64,000 bases of DNA, taken from assembly GCF_003019035.1 (NCBI RefSeq), contig NZ_CP027447.1. The stretch is one strand, 5' to 3'. This stretch comes from Escherichia coli. Its GTDB lineage: Bacteria; Pseudomonadota; Gammaproteobacteria; Enterobacterales; Enterobacteriaceae. The notes under the pieces were generated by a model, which saw nothing but the letters and a program-made list of their open reading frames with translations, had not been told where the DNA came from and did not search any database. The stretch's first letter is position 1, and each line of letters opens with the position of its first letter. The translations under genes were made by a program, and so were the position numbers. Below are positions 27,103 through 37,993 of this stretch, piece by piece.

Positions 27103-27866
27103 CGGATACGCGCCTCTTCAACAACATGATTCAGATGGCTGACAATCTCGTTCAGACGCGGATCGTTTTCCGCTTCCAGCCAGCGTGCAACCTGTTCTTC
27201 ACCCTGCCCTAACTGTGTCAGGAAGTCATCGGCAATCTGACGACCGTAACGATAACCCGCCAGGCGGCGTGCTTCGCGATCCACTTTCACACGCAGCGGC
27301 TGCACCATATCGCCATGAAGGATTTCCGCCGGTTGTTCATCCTGCTCACCCGGGCCACGGGCGTGAATTTTCTGCTCCAGCAGGCCGAGCGCCATTGCAA
27401 AGCCGTACAGCGTGGCGGCTGGCGTTGGCGGGCACCCCGGAATGTAGACATCCACCGGGACGATTTTATCCGTACCGCCCCACACGCAGTAGAGATCGTG
27501 GAAAATGCCGCCGCTGTTACCGCAGGCACCGTAGGAGATACAGATTTTCGGGTCCGGCGCGGACTGCCACGCACGCAGCGCAGGGGATCGCATTGCACGG
27601 GTGACCGCGCCGGTAAACAGTAAAATATCCGCATGACGCGGTGACGGGACGACTTTAATGCCGAAGCGTTCTGCATCGAACAGCGGCGAAAGCGTGGCGA
27701 AAATTTCGATTTCACAGCCGTTGCAGCCGCCGCAGTCCACGCGGTAAACGTAGGCAGAACGTTTGATTTTTTTCAGTAACGACGCCTTCATGCTGGCGAT
27801 GGATTCATCCACCGTCATCGGGACCGGAATGCCGTTGGCGTCACGGGGGCCTAATAAATTGCTCAT
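27099..27866 (-). CDS. hycG: hydrogenase 3 small subunit
   Basis: Sequence and gene order. Confidence 0.9.
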   Translation of the reverse strand: MSNLLGPRDANGIPVPMTVDESIASMKASLLKKIKRSAYVYRVDCGGCNGCEIEIFATLSPLFDAERFGIKVVPSPRHADILLFTGAVTRAMRSPALRAWQSAPDPKICISYGACGNSGGIFHDLYCVWGGTDKIVPVDVYIPGCPPTPAATLYGFAMALGLLEQKIHARGPGEQDEQPAEILHGDMVQPLRVKVDREARRLAGYRYGRQIADDFLTQLGQGEEQVARWLEAENDPRLNEIVSHLNHVVEEARIR

Positions 27867-28408
27867 CAGATGGCCTCTTTCATATGGCGAGTCAGTTCAA
27901 TACGGTCGGACGGCACCAGGCATTTCTGGCGCTTACATTCCGGGCAAGTCTCAAAGCTTTCGCGGTGGTTTTCCGCGCGGCTGTCACCATTGTGCTTAAG
28001 CAGCGCAATGGCGTAGTCGATCTCTTTCTGGACGGCGAAAGGACGATTGCAGACGCGGCAGTTGCACAGCGCGAAGCGGGACTGTTGCAGGAAGTCTTCT
28101 TTCTTCCACACCGCCAGTTCGTACTCTTGCGACAGTTTGATCGCCGCCGTCGGGCAAACTTCTTCGCAGCGTCCACAGAAGATGCAGCGCCCGAGATTAA
28201 ACTCCCAGGCAAGCTCTCCTGTGGCGAGGTCGGTTTCAACCGTTAAGGCGTTTGACGGGCAGGCATTGACGCAGGCCGCGCAGCCGATGCACTGCTGCGG
28301 GTTCTGCTCTGGCTTACCACGGAAGTTTTTATCAACCGCAATCGGCTCCAGCGGATAAGACGAGGTCGCCGTGCCGGTTTTGATGACTTTTTTGATAAAG
28401 GTAAACAT
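27866..28408 (-). CDS. hycF: formate hydrogenlyase iron-sulfur subunit (4Fe-4S ferredoxin-type)
   Basis: CxxCxxCxxxCP motifs; gene order. Confidence 0.9.
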   Translation of the reverse strand: MFTFIKKVIKTGTATSSYPLEPIAVDKNFRGKPEQNPQQCIGCAACVNACPSNALTVETDLATGELAWEFNLGRCIFCGRCEEVCPTAAIKLSQEYELAVWKKEDFLQQSRFALCNCRVCNRPFAVQKEIDYAIALLKHNGDSRAENHRESFETCPECKRQKCLVPSDRIELTRHMKEAI

Positions 28409-28417
28409 GGCGATTCC

Positions 28418-30127
28418 TTATTTCAGCGGCGAGTTTTTACGCTCAATGCTGTAGCGCTCGAGTTCTTTGTACGGCACCACTTTGCTCTTCTTCTTACGTA
28501 CATCGACCACGGTCATGCGGTCGGTACAGGAGTAGCAAGGGTCCAGGCTACCGATAATCAGCGGCGCATCGGAAACGGTGTTGCCGCGCAGCATGTAGCG
28601 CAGGGTCGGCCAGTTCGCGTAGGTCGCCGCACGGCAGCGCCAGCGGTACAGCTTCTGGTTGTCGCCGGTCATGCTCCAGTGGATATCGTCGCCGCGCGGC
28701 GCTTCGGCAAAGCCCAGCGCGAAACGGTGCGGAATATAGGTAAAGCCTTCCACCATCAGCGGACCGCCCGGCAGGTTATCCAGACCGTAGTCGATCATGT
28801 TCAGCGCGGTATAGACCTCGTTGATTCGCACTTTCAGACGGGAAATAACGTCGCAGCCCTGCTCGCTGTGGACTTCCATTGGCAGCAGGCCATAACCGAC
28901 AAACGGGTGATCGGCGCGAGTATCGCGGGCGTGACCGCTGGCGCGAACCATCGGGCCAACGTTACTGAAGTCGCGAGCGATTTCCGGGTCCAGACGACCA
29001 ATACCGACGGTGCGTTGTTCCATGTTCGGTGTGCTCAGCAGCACATCCACCAGCTCCTGCACTTCACGACGCATCTGTTGTGCCAGCTGGCGGGTCTGGA
29101 TCATGTCGTCTTTCAGCAGATCGCGACGAATCCCGCCGATCAGGTTCAGGCCGTAGGTTTTACGTGCACCGGTAAGGATCTCTGCCATTTTCATGGAGGT
29201 TTCACGCACGCGGAAGAACTGCATAAAGCCGGAGTCGAAGCCGGTAAAGTGACAGGCCAGGCCGAGATTGAGCAGATGCGAGTGCAGGCGTTCTACCTCC
29301 AGCAGAATGGCGCGGATCATCTGCGCGCGTTCTGGCACCTGAATACCCATCGCGTTTTCCACCGACGTGGTATAGGCGGTGCTGTGAGCAAAGCCGCAGA
29401 TCCCGCACACACGGTCAGAGAGGAAGGTCACTTCGTTGTAACCCATACGGGTTTCCGCCAGTTTTTCCATGCCGCGATGGACGTAGAACAGGCGGTAGTC
29501 GGCGTCGATAATGTTTTCACCATCGACGAACAGACGGAAGTGACCCGGTTCGTCAGAAGTGACGTGCAGTGGACCAATCGGCACGACATTGTTTTTCTTG
29601 TCGCCCAGTTCGTTGATGAACTCGTAGGTTTCAGCATCAGTAGTCGGTGCCGGACGCTGACGATAATCCATGCTGTCTTTACGCAGCGGATAAAGTTCAT
29701 CCGGCCAGTCATCCGGCAGCACCAGACGACGTTCATCCGGCAGACCAACCGGAATCAAACCGTACATATCGCGCACTTCGCGCTCGCCCCACACCGCCGC
29801 CGGAACGCGCGGCGTTACGGACGGATATTCCGGTTTGTTGGCGTCAACTTCGACGCGCACCGTTACCCAGCACTTAGTCCCCTTCTCCATCGACAGCACG
29901 TAGTAAACGGCGTAATGACCATTAAGTTTGCGTTCGTCGTTACCAAACAGCACCGACAGCCAGCCCCCCTGCTTGTAATAGAGAAACTCCACCACTTCCG
30001 GCAGGTAGTTCACCTTCACGGTCACGGTCAGCTGATCTTTGGTCTGCCAGGCGTGGTCCAGCACGACGCCCGGAAATGCCTCATTCAGCGCGGCGAGATA
30101 ATGTTGACCTAATTTTTCTTCAGACAT
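28418..30127 (-). CDS. hycE: hydrogenase 3 large subunit (start MSEEKLGQ; ORF track extends 7 codons upstream)
   Basis: Recognised sequence; NiFe large-subunit motifs. Confidence 0.9.
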   Translation of the reverse strand: MSEEKLGQHYLAALNEAFPGVVLDHAWQTKDQLTVTVKVNYLPEVVEFLYYKQGGWLSVLFGNDERKLNGHYAVYYVLSMEKGTKCWVTVRVEVDANKPEYPSVTPRVPAAVWGEREVRDMYGLIPVGLPDERRLVLPDDWPDELYPLRKDSMDYRQRPAPTTDAETYEFINELGDKKNNVVPIGPLHVTSDEPGHFRLFVDGENIIDADYRLFYVHRGMEKLAETRMGYNEVTFLSDRVCGICGFAHSTAYTTSVENAMGIQVPERAQMIRAILLEVERLHSHLLNLGLACHFTGFDSGFMQFFRVRETSMKMAEILTGARKTYGLNLIGGIRRDLLKDDMIQTRQLAQQMRREVQELVDVLLSTPNMEQRTVGIGRLDPEIARDFSNVGPMVRASGHARDTRADHPFVGYGLLPMEVHSEQGCDVISRLKVRINEVYTALNMIDYGLDNLPGGPLMVEGFTYIPHRFALGFAEAPRGDDIHWSMTGDNQKLYRWRCRAATYANWPTLRYMLRGNTVSDAPLIIGSLDPCYSCTDRMTVVDVRKKKSKVVPYKELERYSIERKNSPLK

Positions 30128-30144
30128 GCTCAAACTCTCTTTAA

Positions 30145-31068
30145 TCACGCCGCCAGCAAGGAGACGAACGCTAAAAATGCAAAGCCAAACCCGGCCCAGG
30201 TAATGCGTGGTGTAATATCAAGACGCAGACGGGCCATGCTGTTTTCGAACAGCGCGATAACCAGGACGCCAACCACCAGTTTGACGATGGCAATCACCAG
30301 CGCCAGCAGCAGCCCACCGACGGTGAAGGTTTCCATTTGTCCCCACGGAATAAACACCCCGACGAACATCTGCAACACCACCAACTGTTTCAGGCTGATG
30401 CCCCATTTCATGACGCCAAAACCGCTGCCGCTATACTCAGAGAGCGGACCTTCCTGCAACTCCTGCTCGGCTTCCGCCAGGTCGAACGGCAGTTTGCCCA
30501 TTTCGATAAAAGTGGCGAACGCACAGGCACAAAGCGCCAGCACCAGCGGGATGCTCTGGCTCAGTGGCCAGTGATAAACGGTGTCGGTGATGTTGCTGAT
30601 GTTGGTGGAACCGGCAACCTGTGCGGCAACCCACAGACCAAGCAGCAGCATCGGTTCAACCAACACGCCAAGCATCGCTTCACGGCTCGCGCCGATAGCG
30701 GTAAACGGGCTACCGGTATCCAGACCAGAAATGGCAAAGAAGAAACGCGCGATGGCGAAGAGATACAGTAAGGTGATCAAATCGCCCAGTTGCGGCAGCG
30801 GAGAACCGACGGTCACCACCGGCAGCGCAGTGGCGATAGTCAGCATGACGCCCACCATCACATACGGCGTCAGGCGGAACACCCAGCCGGAGGCATCCGG
30901 GCCAACGCTCTGACGCCCCAGCAGTTTGATAATGTCGCGATACTCCTGCAACACACCCGGCCCACGACGGTTATGCAGACGGGCGCGCGCTACGCGGGTA
31001 ATACCGGAGAGCAGCGGCGCAACGGCAAATAGCACCAGCGCCTGAATTAACGGATATAAAACACTCAT
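30145..31068 (-). CDS. hycD: formate hydrogenlyase membrane subunit
   Basis: Sequence and gene order. Confidence 0.9.
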   Translation of the reverse strand: MSVLYPLIQALVLFAVAPLLSGITRVARARLHNRRGPGVLQEYRDIIKLLGRQSVGPDASGWVFRLTPYVMVGVMLTIATALPVVTVGSPLPQLGDLITLLYLFAIARFFFAISGLDTGSPFTAIGASREAMLGVLVEPMLLLGLWVAAQVAGSTNISNITDTVYHWPLSQSIPLVLALCACAFATFIEMGKLPFDLAEAEQELQEGPLSEYSGSGFGVMKWGISLKQLVVLQMFVGVFIPWGQMETFTVGGLLLALVIAIVKLVVGVLVIALFENSMARLRLDITPRITWAGFGFAFLAFVSLLAA

Positions 31069-31070
31069 TC

Positions 31071-32897
31071 TCAGGCTCCTCGTGAAACAATAATCACCAC
31101 CAGCACCGCCAGTTCAACCAGCGCCATCCGGCGGAACAGCAACGCACTCCCCTCGCACTGCCAGCCCGGTACCAGCGACACCGGATTCAGCCATTTGCGC
31201 AGTTTCAGCACCGGCGCAAACGCCTGTTTCACCGGCATGGCAAAACCGTGAGCGGTAATCACCATTGATTTTTCATGGTCGTAGCCGCACACCCAGGCCG
31301 CGCCGCGGGAACGCGACGGCAAACGATCGCCTTTGCAAATCGCCATAATGATGAATGGCAGCAGCGGGCAGGCAATCAGCAGCAACGTGATCATTGGTTG
31401 AGAAACGGTGGTGTTAGCAGGCTCCAGCGGCAGAGGTACAGCAGCAGAGAGCATCGGCAGTAGCCACGGCGCAGCAACACCGCCAATTACGCAGCAAATC
31501 GCCAGTGCCACTACGCTTACGCTCATCAGGAGCGGCGCACAGGTGGCGTTTTCGGCTTCTTTGGTACGCGGCGCGCCGAGGAAAGTAACACCATAGACTT
31601 TCGCCATACACATCACCGCCAGCGCACCGGTAATTGCCAGCCCCACGGCGAGCAGCGGCCCGAGAAGACGGGCAACAAACGCGCCACTATTGCTCAGTTT
31701 GAAGAAGGATTGATAGATAACCCATTCCCCGGCAAACCCGTTCAGTGGCGGCAGCGCAGCCATTGCCATCAGCCCGACTAACATGGCGATGGAGATAACC
31801 GGCATTTTCTTGCCAATACCACCGAGTTTTTCGATATCGCGATGACCGGTACGGAACCAGACGCTCCCCGCCCCGAGGAAAAGCACGCTTTTGAACAGGC
31901 TATGGTTAAGCAGATGGTACAGACCACCGACCAGGCCAAGGGCAATCAGCGCCGGTTGTTCGAGCGCGATACCCGTTACGCCAGCGCCCAGCCCCAGCAG
32001 GATAATGCCGATATTTTCCAGGGTGTGGTAAGCCAGCAGGCGCTGGATGTTGTGTTCCATCAACGCATACAGACCACCGACGAACGCGGTGATCATACCG
32101 AGCACCAGCAGCGCGATCCCCCACCACAGCGGTGCGTTACCGCCCAGCAGTGACAGGGTTAAAATGCCCAGCAGGCCAATTTTCATGACTACCGTAGAAA
32201 ACAACGCGGCAGCTGGCGCAGAGGCGTTAGCATGTGCCTGCGGCACCCAGCCGTGCAGCGGAATAATCCCTGCCAGCAGACCAAAGCCAATCACACCGAG
32301 CAGCCAGATATCGGAACCGAGCGGCAGCTGTTGCATACGCATATCCAGCAGGCGCAGATCCAGCGTGCCGTAACGCTGCCACAGCAGCCAGCAAGCAATC
32401 GCCAGCAGCAGAGTGCCAAGACGCCCCAGCGCAAACCACAGTTTGCCCTCTTTGCTGTTGCTGGTGAGGAACACCGCACACAGGGCCATGATTTCGGCCA
32501 TTACCACGAACATGCCGAGGTTGCTGGCGATGACGGCACAGACGGCGGCAGCCATCAACATATTGATCTGCAAGCCGTTGCACTTCACCTGCGCGTGGCG
32601 ATGCCAGTCAATGTTGTAGAGGCTGACAAACAGACCGCACATACCGAGCGTAATCAGCCAAATCGCGTTAAGCGGAGAGATTTGCACATCGTAGCTTACC
32701 AGCGACAGCGCACCGCTCACGCCAACCGCGCCAGTCAGCACAGTAAAGCCCGCGGCTGCCGTATACAGGCTACCCACCGCGCCGCCAATTCCGGCTATCC
32801 AGCCACTTAGCGCTTTTTGAAAAGAAAAGAGAAATGCCAGAACAGCGGCGGCGACAAACCACGCCACGCCGCTATTGATCAGGGAAATTGCGCTCAT
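31071..32897 (-). CDS. hycC: formate hydrogenlyase membrane subunit (antiporter-like)
   Basis: Sequence and gene order. Confidence 0.9.
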   Translation of the reverse strand: MSAISLINSGVAWFVAAAVLAFLFSFQKALSGWIAGIGGAVGSLYTAAAGFTVLTGAVGVSGALSLVSYDVQISPLNAIWLITLGMCGLFVSLYNIDWHRHAQVKCNGLQINMLMAAAVCAVIASNLGMFVVMAEIMALCAVFLTSNSKEGKLWFALGRLGTLLLAIACWLLWQRYGTLDLRLLDMRMQQLPLGSDIWLLGVIGFGLLAGIIPLHGWVPQAHANASAPAAALFSTVVMKIGLLGILTLSLLGGNAPLWWGIALLVLGMITAFVGGLYALMEHNIQRLLAYHTLENIGIILLGLGAGVTGIALEQPALIALGLVGGLYHLLNHSLFKSVLFLGAGSVWFRTGHRDIEKLGGIGKKMPVISIAMLVGLMAMAALPPLNGFAGEWVIYQSFFKLSNSGAFVARLLGPLLAVGLAITGALAVMCMAKVYGVTFLGAPRTKEAENATCAPLLMSVSVVALAICCVIGGVAAPWLLPMLSAAVPLPLEPANTTVSQPMITLLLIACPLLPFIIMAICKGDRLPSRSRGAAWVCGYDHEKSMVITAHGFAMPVKQAFAPVLKLRKWLNPVSLVPGWQCEGSALLFRRMALVELAVLVVIIVSRGA

Positions 32898-33505
32898 TTA
32901 GCCTCTCCACTTTGAGCCTGCTGAAACAAGGTGAGATCGCCAAAGTCCGTGTTAAAGGTCAGCTCACGCTTACGTTTGCTGACGCGGGCGATATCGGTGT
33001 TATCCACCAGATGCAGGGCTTTAGTCGGGCACATCCGCACGCAGGCCGGACCTTGTTCATCAAAACTGCAAAGGTCACATTTGACGGCGATCGCGCGAAT
33101 ACCTGGCACCCAGTCAAGCAATGTGCTGACACGCGCCGGAGCAGGCGGTGCCGGTGGCGCTTTCGGGGTATTGGCGTTTGCCGGAATATCCAGCGGACGG
33201 CTGCCGGAAAATTCAATTGCGCCAAACGGGCAGGCGATGCCGCACAGTTTGCAGCTTACGCACAGACTTTCATTCAACTGCACGGCCCCATCAACGCGGG
33301 TGATGGCGTTAACCGGGCAAACCACCGCACAGGGCGCATCTTCACAGTGGTGACAGAGCTGCGGCGCAGATTCTTTTTCATTGAGCATCACTCGCAGGCG
33401 CGGCATTGATTGCAGGCCGTGCTGGCGATGCGTCTCTGAACAGGCAGCCTCACAAGTGTGGCAGCCGATACAGAGCGTGGAGTCAGCAATTACAAAACGA
33501 TTCAC
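32894..33505 (-). CDS. hycB: formate hydrogenlyase iron-sulfur subunit
   Basis: Multiple ferredoxin Cys motifs; gene order. Confidence 0.9.
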   Translation of the reverse strand: MNRFVIADSTLCIGCHTCEAACSETHRQHGLQSMPRLRVMLNEKESAPQLCHHCEDAPCAVVCPVNAITRVDGAVQLNESLCVSCKLCGIACPFGAIEFSGSRPLDIPANANTPKAPPAPPAPARVSTLLDWVPGIRAIAVKCDLCSFDEQGPACVRMCPTKALHLVDNTDIARVSKRKRELTFNTDFGDLTLFQQAQSGEAK

Positions 33506-33629
33506 CAGGCATTCCTCAGGTGATTGTCATTTTTGACGAAAACATGCCGATGAAATGTCATTTTCGACACTCATCGACACGCCCATCCCCAAACAGGCGT
33601 AACGCCTGCAAAACGGGCAAAGCCTCAGC

Positions 33630-34091
33630 TCATGCTGCCGGGCTTTGTCCCTTTACCAGTTGGCTTAAATTCACCGGCACATTGTTTTCAATGGCGGTAT
33701 ATAAGCTGTCGTAAACGCCAGCGATTTTTTCGAGATAGTGTTCCAGAACCTGTTCGCGATCGCGGATGTTGACCTTGCCATCAATCATGCCGTCAATGCT
33801 CAGTTGCGCCTGCGCAATCCGCTGTTTGTCTTCACCCTCTTTCGTTTCGACGTAATACTCGATGGTGTGGCTGTTAAAGCCATCCGCCAGGGTGACGTAA
33901 ATACGAAAATGTTCAAAAAGGACGAAACAGAGTTCTTTGTCCGGCGCGCAGCTCATGGCGTGATGCAGGCGCGCTTTCGATAACGTGATCCCCTGAACCA
34001 GCGAATTACAGTAGATGTGCCACTGGTCCTGTAGGCGACGATGCCGCTGTGCGATGTAATCGGCTTTCTCGCTTATTTCCCAAATAGTCAT
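33630..34091 (-). CDS. hycA: formate hydrogenlyase regulatory protein
   Basis: Recognised sequence; first gene of hyc operon. Confidence 0.9.
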   Translation of the reverse strand: MTIWEISEKADYIAQRHRRLQDQWHIYCNSLVQGITLSKARLHHAMSCAPDKELCFVLFEHFRIYVTLADGFNSHTIEYYVETKEGEDKQRIAQAQLSIDGMIDGKVNIRDREQVLEHYLEKIAGVYDSLYTAIENNVPVNLSQLVKGQSPAA

Positions 34092-34125
34092 TGTCAGGTT
34101 ACCCGTTTAACAGAGATGCCAGCTT

Positions 34126-34143
34126 TAAGCATTTTTTATGCCA
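34126..34143 (-). promoter_or_regulatory. sigma-54 promoter of hyc operon (- strand reads TGGCAT-N8-TGC)
   Basis: GG and GC elements spaced as in -24/-12 consensus, upstream of hycA. Confidence 0.6.
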
Positions 34144-34186
34144 ACTTTTAATTCATTGTTATTAAAACGATTTTTAAGCTAAAGAT

Positions 34187-34230
34187 GAATTTCGTCGCCG
34201 TGTCGACGTGTCATTTCGACATCATCGACA
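34187..34230. promoter_or_regulatory. FhlA upstream activating region (repeated TTTCGTCG / TGTCGACG / TTTCGACA / CATCGACA motifs)
   Basis: Repeated motifs in the hycA-hypA intergenic region; FhlA is known to bind here. Confidence 0.5.
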
Positions 34231-34256
34231 TTATTTACCGCAGGGATAATCAATGC

Positions 34257-34272
34257 TGGCACAATTATTGCT
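34257..34272 (+). promoter_or_regulatory. sigma-54 promoter of hyp operon (TGGCAC-N5-TTGCT)
   Basis: Near-consensus -24/-12 element ~30 bp upstream of hypA. Confidence 0.65.
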
Positions 34273-34302
34273 TGTAGCTGGCAATAGTTAATGGGAGGCG
34301 AT

Positions 34303-34653
34303 ATGCACGAAATAACCCTCTGCCAACGGGCACTGGAATTGATCGAACAGCAGGCCGCAAAACACGGCGCAAAACGCGTAACTGGGGTCTGGCTCAAAAT
34401 TGGCGCATTTTCTTGTGTCGAAACCAGCTCTCTTGCCTTTTGTTTTGATCTGGTTTGCCGCGGCAGCGTGGCGGAAGGTTGTAAACTGCACCTCGAAGAA
34501 CAAGAGGCCGAATGCTGGTGTGAAACATGCCAACAGTATGTGACGCTACTGACCCAGCGCGTCCGCCGCTGTCCACAGTGTCATGGTGACATGCTACAGA
34601 TTGTGGCAGACGACGGTTTACAGATTCGGCGGATAGAAATAGACCAGGAGTGA
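34303..34653 (+). CDS. hypA: hydrogenase nickel incorporation protein
   Basis: Recognised sequence (MHEITLCQ...); ORF track extends 4 codons upstream. Confidence 0.9.
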   Translation: MHEITLCQRALELIEQQAAKHGAKRVTGVWLKIGAFSCVETSSLAFCFDLVCRGSVAEGCKLHLEEQEAECWCETCQQYVTLLTQRVRRCPQCHGDMLQIVADDGLQIRRIEIDQE

Positions 34654-34656
34654 GCG

Positions 34657-35529
34657 ATGTGTACAACATGCGGTTGCGGTGAAGGCAACCTGTATATCGA
34701 GGGTGATGAACATAACCCTCATTCCGCGTTTCGTAGCGCGCCATTTGCCCCGGCGGCACGCCCGAAGATGAAAATCACCGGCATTAAAACGTCTGAATTT
34801 ACCCCCAGCCAGACTGAAGAAGGCGACCTGCATTACGGTCATGGCGAAGCGGGCACTCACGCGCCGGGCATGAGCCAGCGTCGGATGCTGGAAGTCGAAA
34901 TTGACGTGCTGGACAAAAATAACCGTCTGGCTGAACGCAACCGCGCGCGCTTTGCTGCCCGCAAGCAACTGGTGCTCAACCTGGTTTCCAGCCCTGGTTC
35001 CGGTAAAACCACCCTGCTGACGGAAACCTTAATGCGCCTGAAAGACAGCGTTCCGTGTGCAGTTATTGAAGGCGACCAGCAAACCGTGAACGATGCCGCG
35101 CGCATTCGCGCTACCGGCACACCAGCGATTCAGGTGAACACCGGTAAAGGCTGCCATCTCGACGCTCAGATGATCGCCGACGCCGCACCGCGCCTGCCAC
35201 TGGCCGATAACGGTATTCTGTTTATCGAAAACGTTGGCAACCTCGTATGTCCGGCGAGCTTCGATCTCGGTGAAAAACACAAAGTGGCGGTGCTTTCCGT
35301 TACCGAAGGTGAAGACAAACCGCTGAAATATCCACATATGTTTGCCGCCGCCTCACTGATGCTGCTCAACAAAGTTGACCTGCTACCGTATCTCAATTTC
35401 GACGTTGAGAAGTGCATCGCCTGCGCCCGTGAAGTCAATCCAGAAATTGAAATCATCCTTATTTCCGCCACCAGCGGCGAAGGGATGGACCAGTGGCTGA
35501 ACTGGCTGGAGACACAGCGATGTGCATAG
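34657..35529 (+). CDS. hypB: hydrogenase maturation GTPase/nickel-binding protein
   Basis: Recognised sequence; GSGKTT P-loop. Confidence 0.9.
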   Translation: MCTTCGCGEGNLYIEGDEHNPHSAFRSAPFAPAARPKMKITGIKTSEFTPSQTEEGDLHYGHGEAGTHAPGMSQRRMLEVEIDVLDKNNRLAERNRARFAARKQLVLNLVSSPGSGKTTLLTETLMRLKDSVPCAVIEGDQQTVNDAARIRATGTPAIQVNTGKGCHLDAQMIADAAPRLPLADNGILFIENVGNLVCPASFDLGEKHKVAVLSVTEGEDKPLKYPHMFAAASLMLLNKVDLLPYLNFDVEKCIACAREVNPEIEIILISATSGEGMDQWLNWLETQRCA

Positions 35530-35792
35530 GCGTTCCCGGCCAGATCCGCACCATTGACGGCAACCAGGCGAAAGTCGACGTCTGCGGTATTCAGCGCGAC
35601 GTCGACCTAACGTTAGTCGGCAGCTGCGATGAAAACGGTCAGCCACGTGTGGGCCAGTGGGTACTGGTTCACGTTGGCTTTGCCATGAGCATAATTAATG
35701 AAGCCGAAGCGCGCGACACTCTCGACGCCTTACAAAATATGTTTGACGTTGAGCCGGATGTCGGCGCGCTGTTGTATGGCGAGGAAAAATAA
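35520..35792 (+). CDS. hypC: hydrogenase maturation chaperone (starts MCIGVPGQ)
   Basis: Recognised sequence; ATG overlaps hypB stop. Confidence 0.9.
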   Translation: MCIGVPGQIRTIDGNQAKVDVCGIQRDVDLTLVGSCDENGQPRVGQWVLVHVGFAMSIINEAEARDTLDALQNMFDVEPDVGALLYGEEK

Positions 35793-36913
35793 TGCGTTTT
35801 GTTGATGAATATCGCGCGCCGGAACAGGTGATGCAGTTAATTGAGCATCTACGCGAACGTGCTTCACATCTCTCTTACACCGCTGAACGCCCTCTGCGAA
35901 TTATGGAAGTGTGCGGCGGCCATACCCACGCCATTTTTAAATTCGGCCTCGACCAGTTACTGCCGGAGAACGTTGAGTTTATCCACGGTCCGGGTTGCCC
36001 GGTATGTGTACTGCCGATGGGAAGAATCGACACCTGCGTGGAGATTGCCAGCCATCCGGAAGTCATCTTCTGTACCTTTGGCGACGCCATGCGCGTACCA
36101 GGGAAACAGGGGTCGTTGTTACAGGCAAAAGCGCGCGGTGCCGATGTGCGCATCGTTTACTCGCCAATGGATGCGTTAAAACTGGCGCAGGAGAATCCAA
36201 CCCGCAAAGTGGTGTTCTTCGGCTTAGGTTTTGAAACCACCATGCCGACCACCGCCATCACTCTGCAACAGGCAAAAGCCCGCGATGTGCAGAATTTTTA
36301 CTTCTTCTGCCAGCACATTACGCTCATCCCAACACTGCGCAGTTTGCTGGAACAGCCGGATAACGGTATCGACGCGTTCCTCGCGCCCGGCCACGTCAGT
36401 ATGGTTATCGGCACCGACGCCTATAATTTTATCGCCAGCGATTTTCATCGTCCGCTGGTGGTGGCTGGTTTCGAACCGCTTGATCTACTGCAAGGCGTGG
36501 TCATGCTGGTGGAGCAGAAAATAGCAGCCCACAGCAAGGTAGAGAATCAGTATCGTCGGGTGGTGCCGGATGCCGGTAACCTGCTGGCGCAACAGGCGAT
36601 TGCCGATGTGTTCTGTGTCAACGGCGACAGCGAATGGCGCGGCTTAGGCGTGATTGAATCTTCTGGTGTACACCTGACGCCGGATTATCAACGATTCGAT
36701 GCCGAAGCGCATTTCCGCCCGGCACCGCAGCAGGTCTGCGATGACCCGCGCGCACGTTGTGGCGAAGTATTAACGGGCAAATGTAAGCCGCATCAATGCC
36801 CGCTGTTTGGTAACACCTGTAATCCTCAAACCGCGTTTGGTGCGCTGATGGTTTCCTCCGAAGGAGCGTGCGCCGCGTGGTATCAGTATCGTCAGCAGGA
36901 GAGTGAAGCGTGA
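35792..36913 (+). CDS. hypD: hydrogenase maturation protein
   Basis: Recognised sequence and order. Confidence 0.9.
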   Translation: MRFVDEYRAPEQVMQLIEHLRERASHLSYTAERPLRIMEVCGGHTHAIFKFGLDQLLPENVEFIHGPGCPVCVLPMGRIDTCVEIASHPEVIFCTFGDAMRVPGKQGSLLQAKARGADVRIVYSPMDALKLAQENPTRKVVFFGLGFETTMPTTAITLQQAKARDVQNFYFFCQHITLIPTLRSLLEQPDNGIDAFLAPGHVSMVIGTDAYNFIASDFHRPLVVAGFEPLDLLQGVVMLVEQKIAAHSKVENQYRRVVPDAGNLLAQQAIADVFCVNGDSEWRGLGVIESSGVHLTPDYQRFDAEAHFRPAPQQVCDDPRARCGEVLTGKCKPHQCPLFGNTCNPQTAFGALMVSSEGACAAWYQYRQQESEA

Positions 36914-37920
36914 ATAATATCCAACTCGCCCACGGTAGCGGCGGCCAGGCGATGCAGCAATTAATCAACAGCCTGTTTATGGAAGCCTTTGCCAACCCGT
37001 GGCTGGCAGAACAGGAAGACCAGGCGCGCCTTGATCTGGCGCAACTGGTGGCGGAAGGCGACCGTCTGGCGTTCTCCACCGACAGTTACGTTATTGACCC
37101 GCTGTTCTTCCCTGGCGGTAATATCGGCAAGCTGGCGATTTGCGGCACCGCGAATGACGTTGCGGTCAGTGGCGCTATTCCGCGCTATCTCTCCTGTGGC
37201 TTTATCCTCGAAGAAGGATTGCCGATGGAGACACTGAAAGCCGTAGTGACCAGCATGGCAGAAACCGCCCGCGCGGCAGGCATTGCCATCGTTACTGGCG
37301 ATACTAAAGTGGTGCAGCGCGGCGCGGCAGATAAACTGTTTATCAACACCGCTGGCATGGGCGCAATTCCGGCGAATATTCACTGGGGCGCACAAACGCT
37401 AACCGCAGGCGATGTTCTGCTGGTGAGTGGAACTCTCGGCGACCACGGGGCGACTATCCTTAACCTGCGTGAGCAGCTGGGGCTGGATGGCGAACTGGTC
37501 AGCGACTGTGCGGTACTAACGCCGGTTATTCAGACGCTGCGTGACATTCCCGGCGTGAAAGCGCTGCGTGATGCCACCCGTGGTGGAGTGAACGCGGTAG
37601 TTCATGAGTTCGCGGCAGCCTGCGGTTGTGGTATTGAAATTTCAGAAGCGGCACTGCCGGTTAAACCTGCTGTACGCGGCGTTTGCGAACTGCTGGGACT
37701 GGACGCCCTTAATTTTGCCAACGAAGGCAAACTGGTGATCGCCGTTGAACGCAACGCAGCAGAGCAAGTGCTGGCGGCGTTACATTCCCATCCATTGGGA
37801 AAAGACGCGGCGCTGATTGGTGAAGTGGTGGAACGTAAAGGTGTTCGTCTTGCCGGTCTGTATGGCGTGAAACGAACCCTCGATTTACCACACGCCGAAC
37901 CGCTTCCGCGTATATGCTAA
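36910..37920 (+). CDS. hypE: hydrogenase maturation carbamoyl dehydratase
   Basis: Recognised sequence and order. Confidence 0.9.
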   Translation: MNNIQLAHGSGGQAMQQLINSLFMEAFANPWLAEQEDQARLDLAQLVAEGDRLAFSTDSYVIDPLFFPGGNIGKLAICGTANDVAVSGAIPRYLSCGFILEEGLPMETLKAVVTSMAETARAAGIAIVTGDTKVVQRGAADKLFINTAGMGAIPANIHWGAQTLTAGDVLLVSGTLGDHGATILNLREQLGLDGELVSDCAVLTPVIQTLRDIPGVKALRDATRGGVNAVVHEFAAACGCGIEISEAALPVKPAVRGVCELLGLDALNFANEGKLVIAVERNAAEQVLAALHSHPLGKDAALIGEVVERKGVRLAGLYGVKRTLDLPHAEPLPRIC

Positions 37921-37993
37921 TAAAATTCTAAATCTCCTATAGTTAGTCAATGACCTTTTGCACCGCTTTGCGGTGCTTTCCTGGAAGAACAAA

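Noticed and set aside
28679-30112. 477-aa + strand ORF antisense to hycE
   Set aside because: hycE is unambiguous on the - strand; the antisense ORF is His/Val/Gln-rich low-complexity translation.
34394-35646. Several 80-120-aa - strand ORFs across hypA-hypB-hypC
   Set aside because: Overlap confident + strand genes; no start signals.
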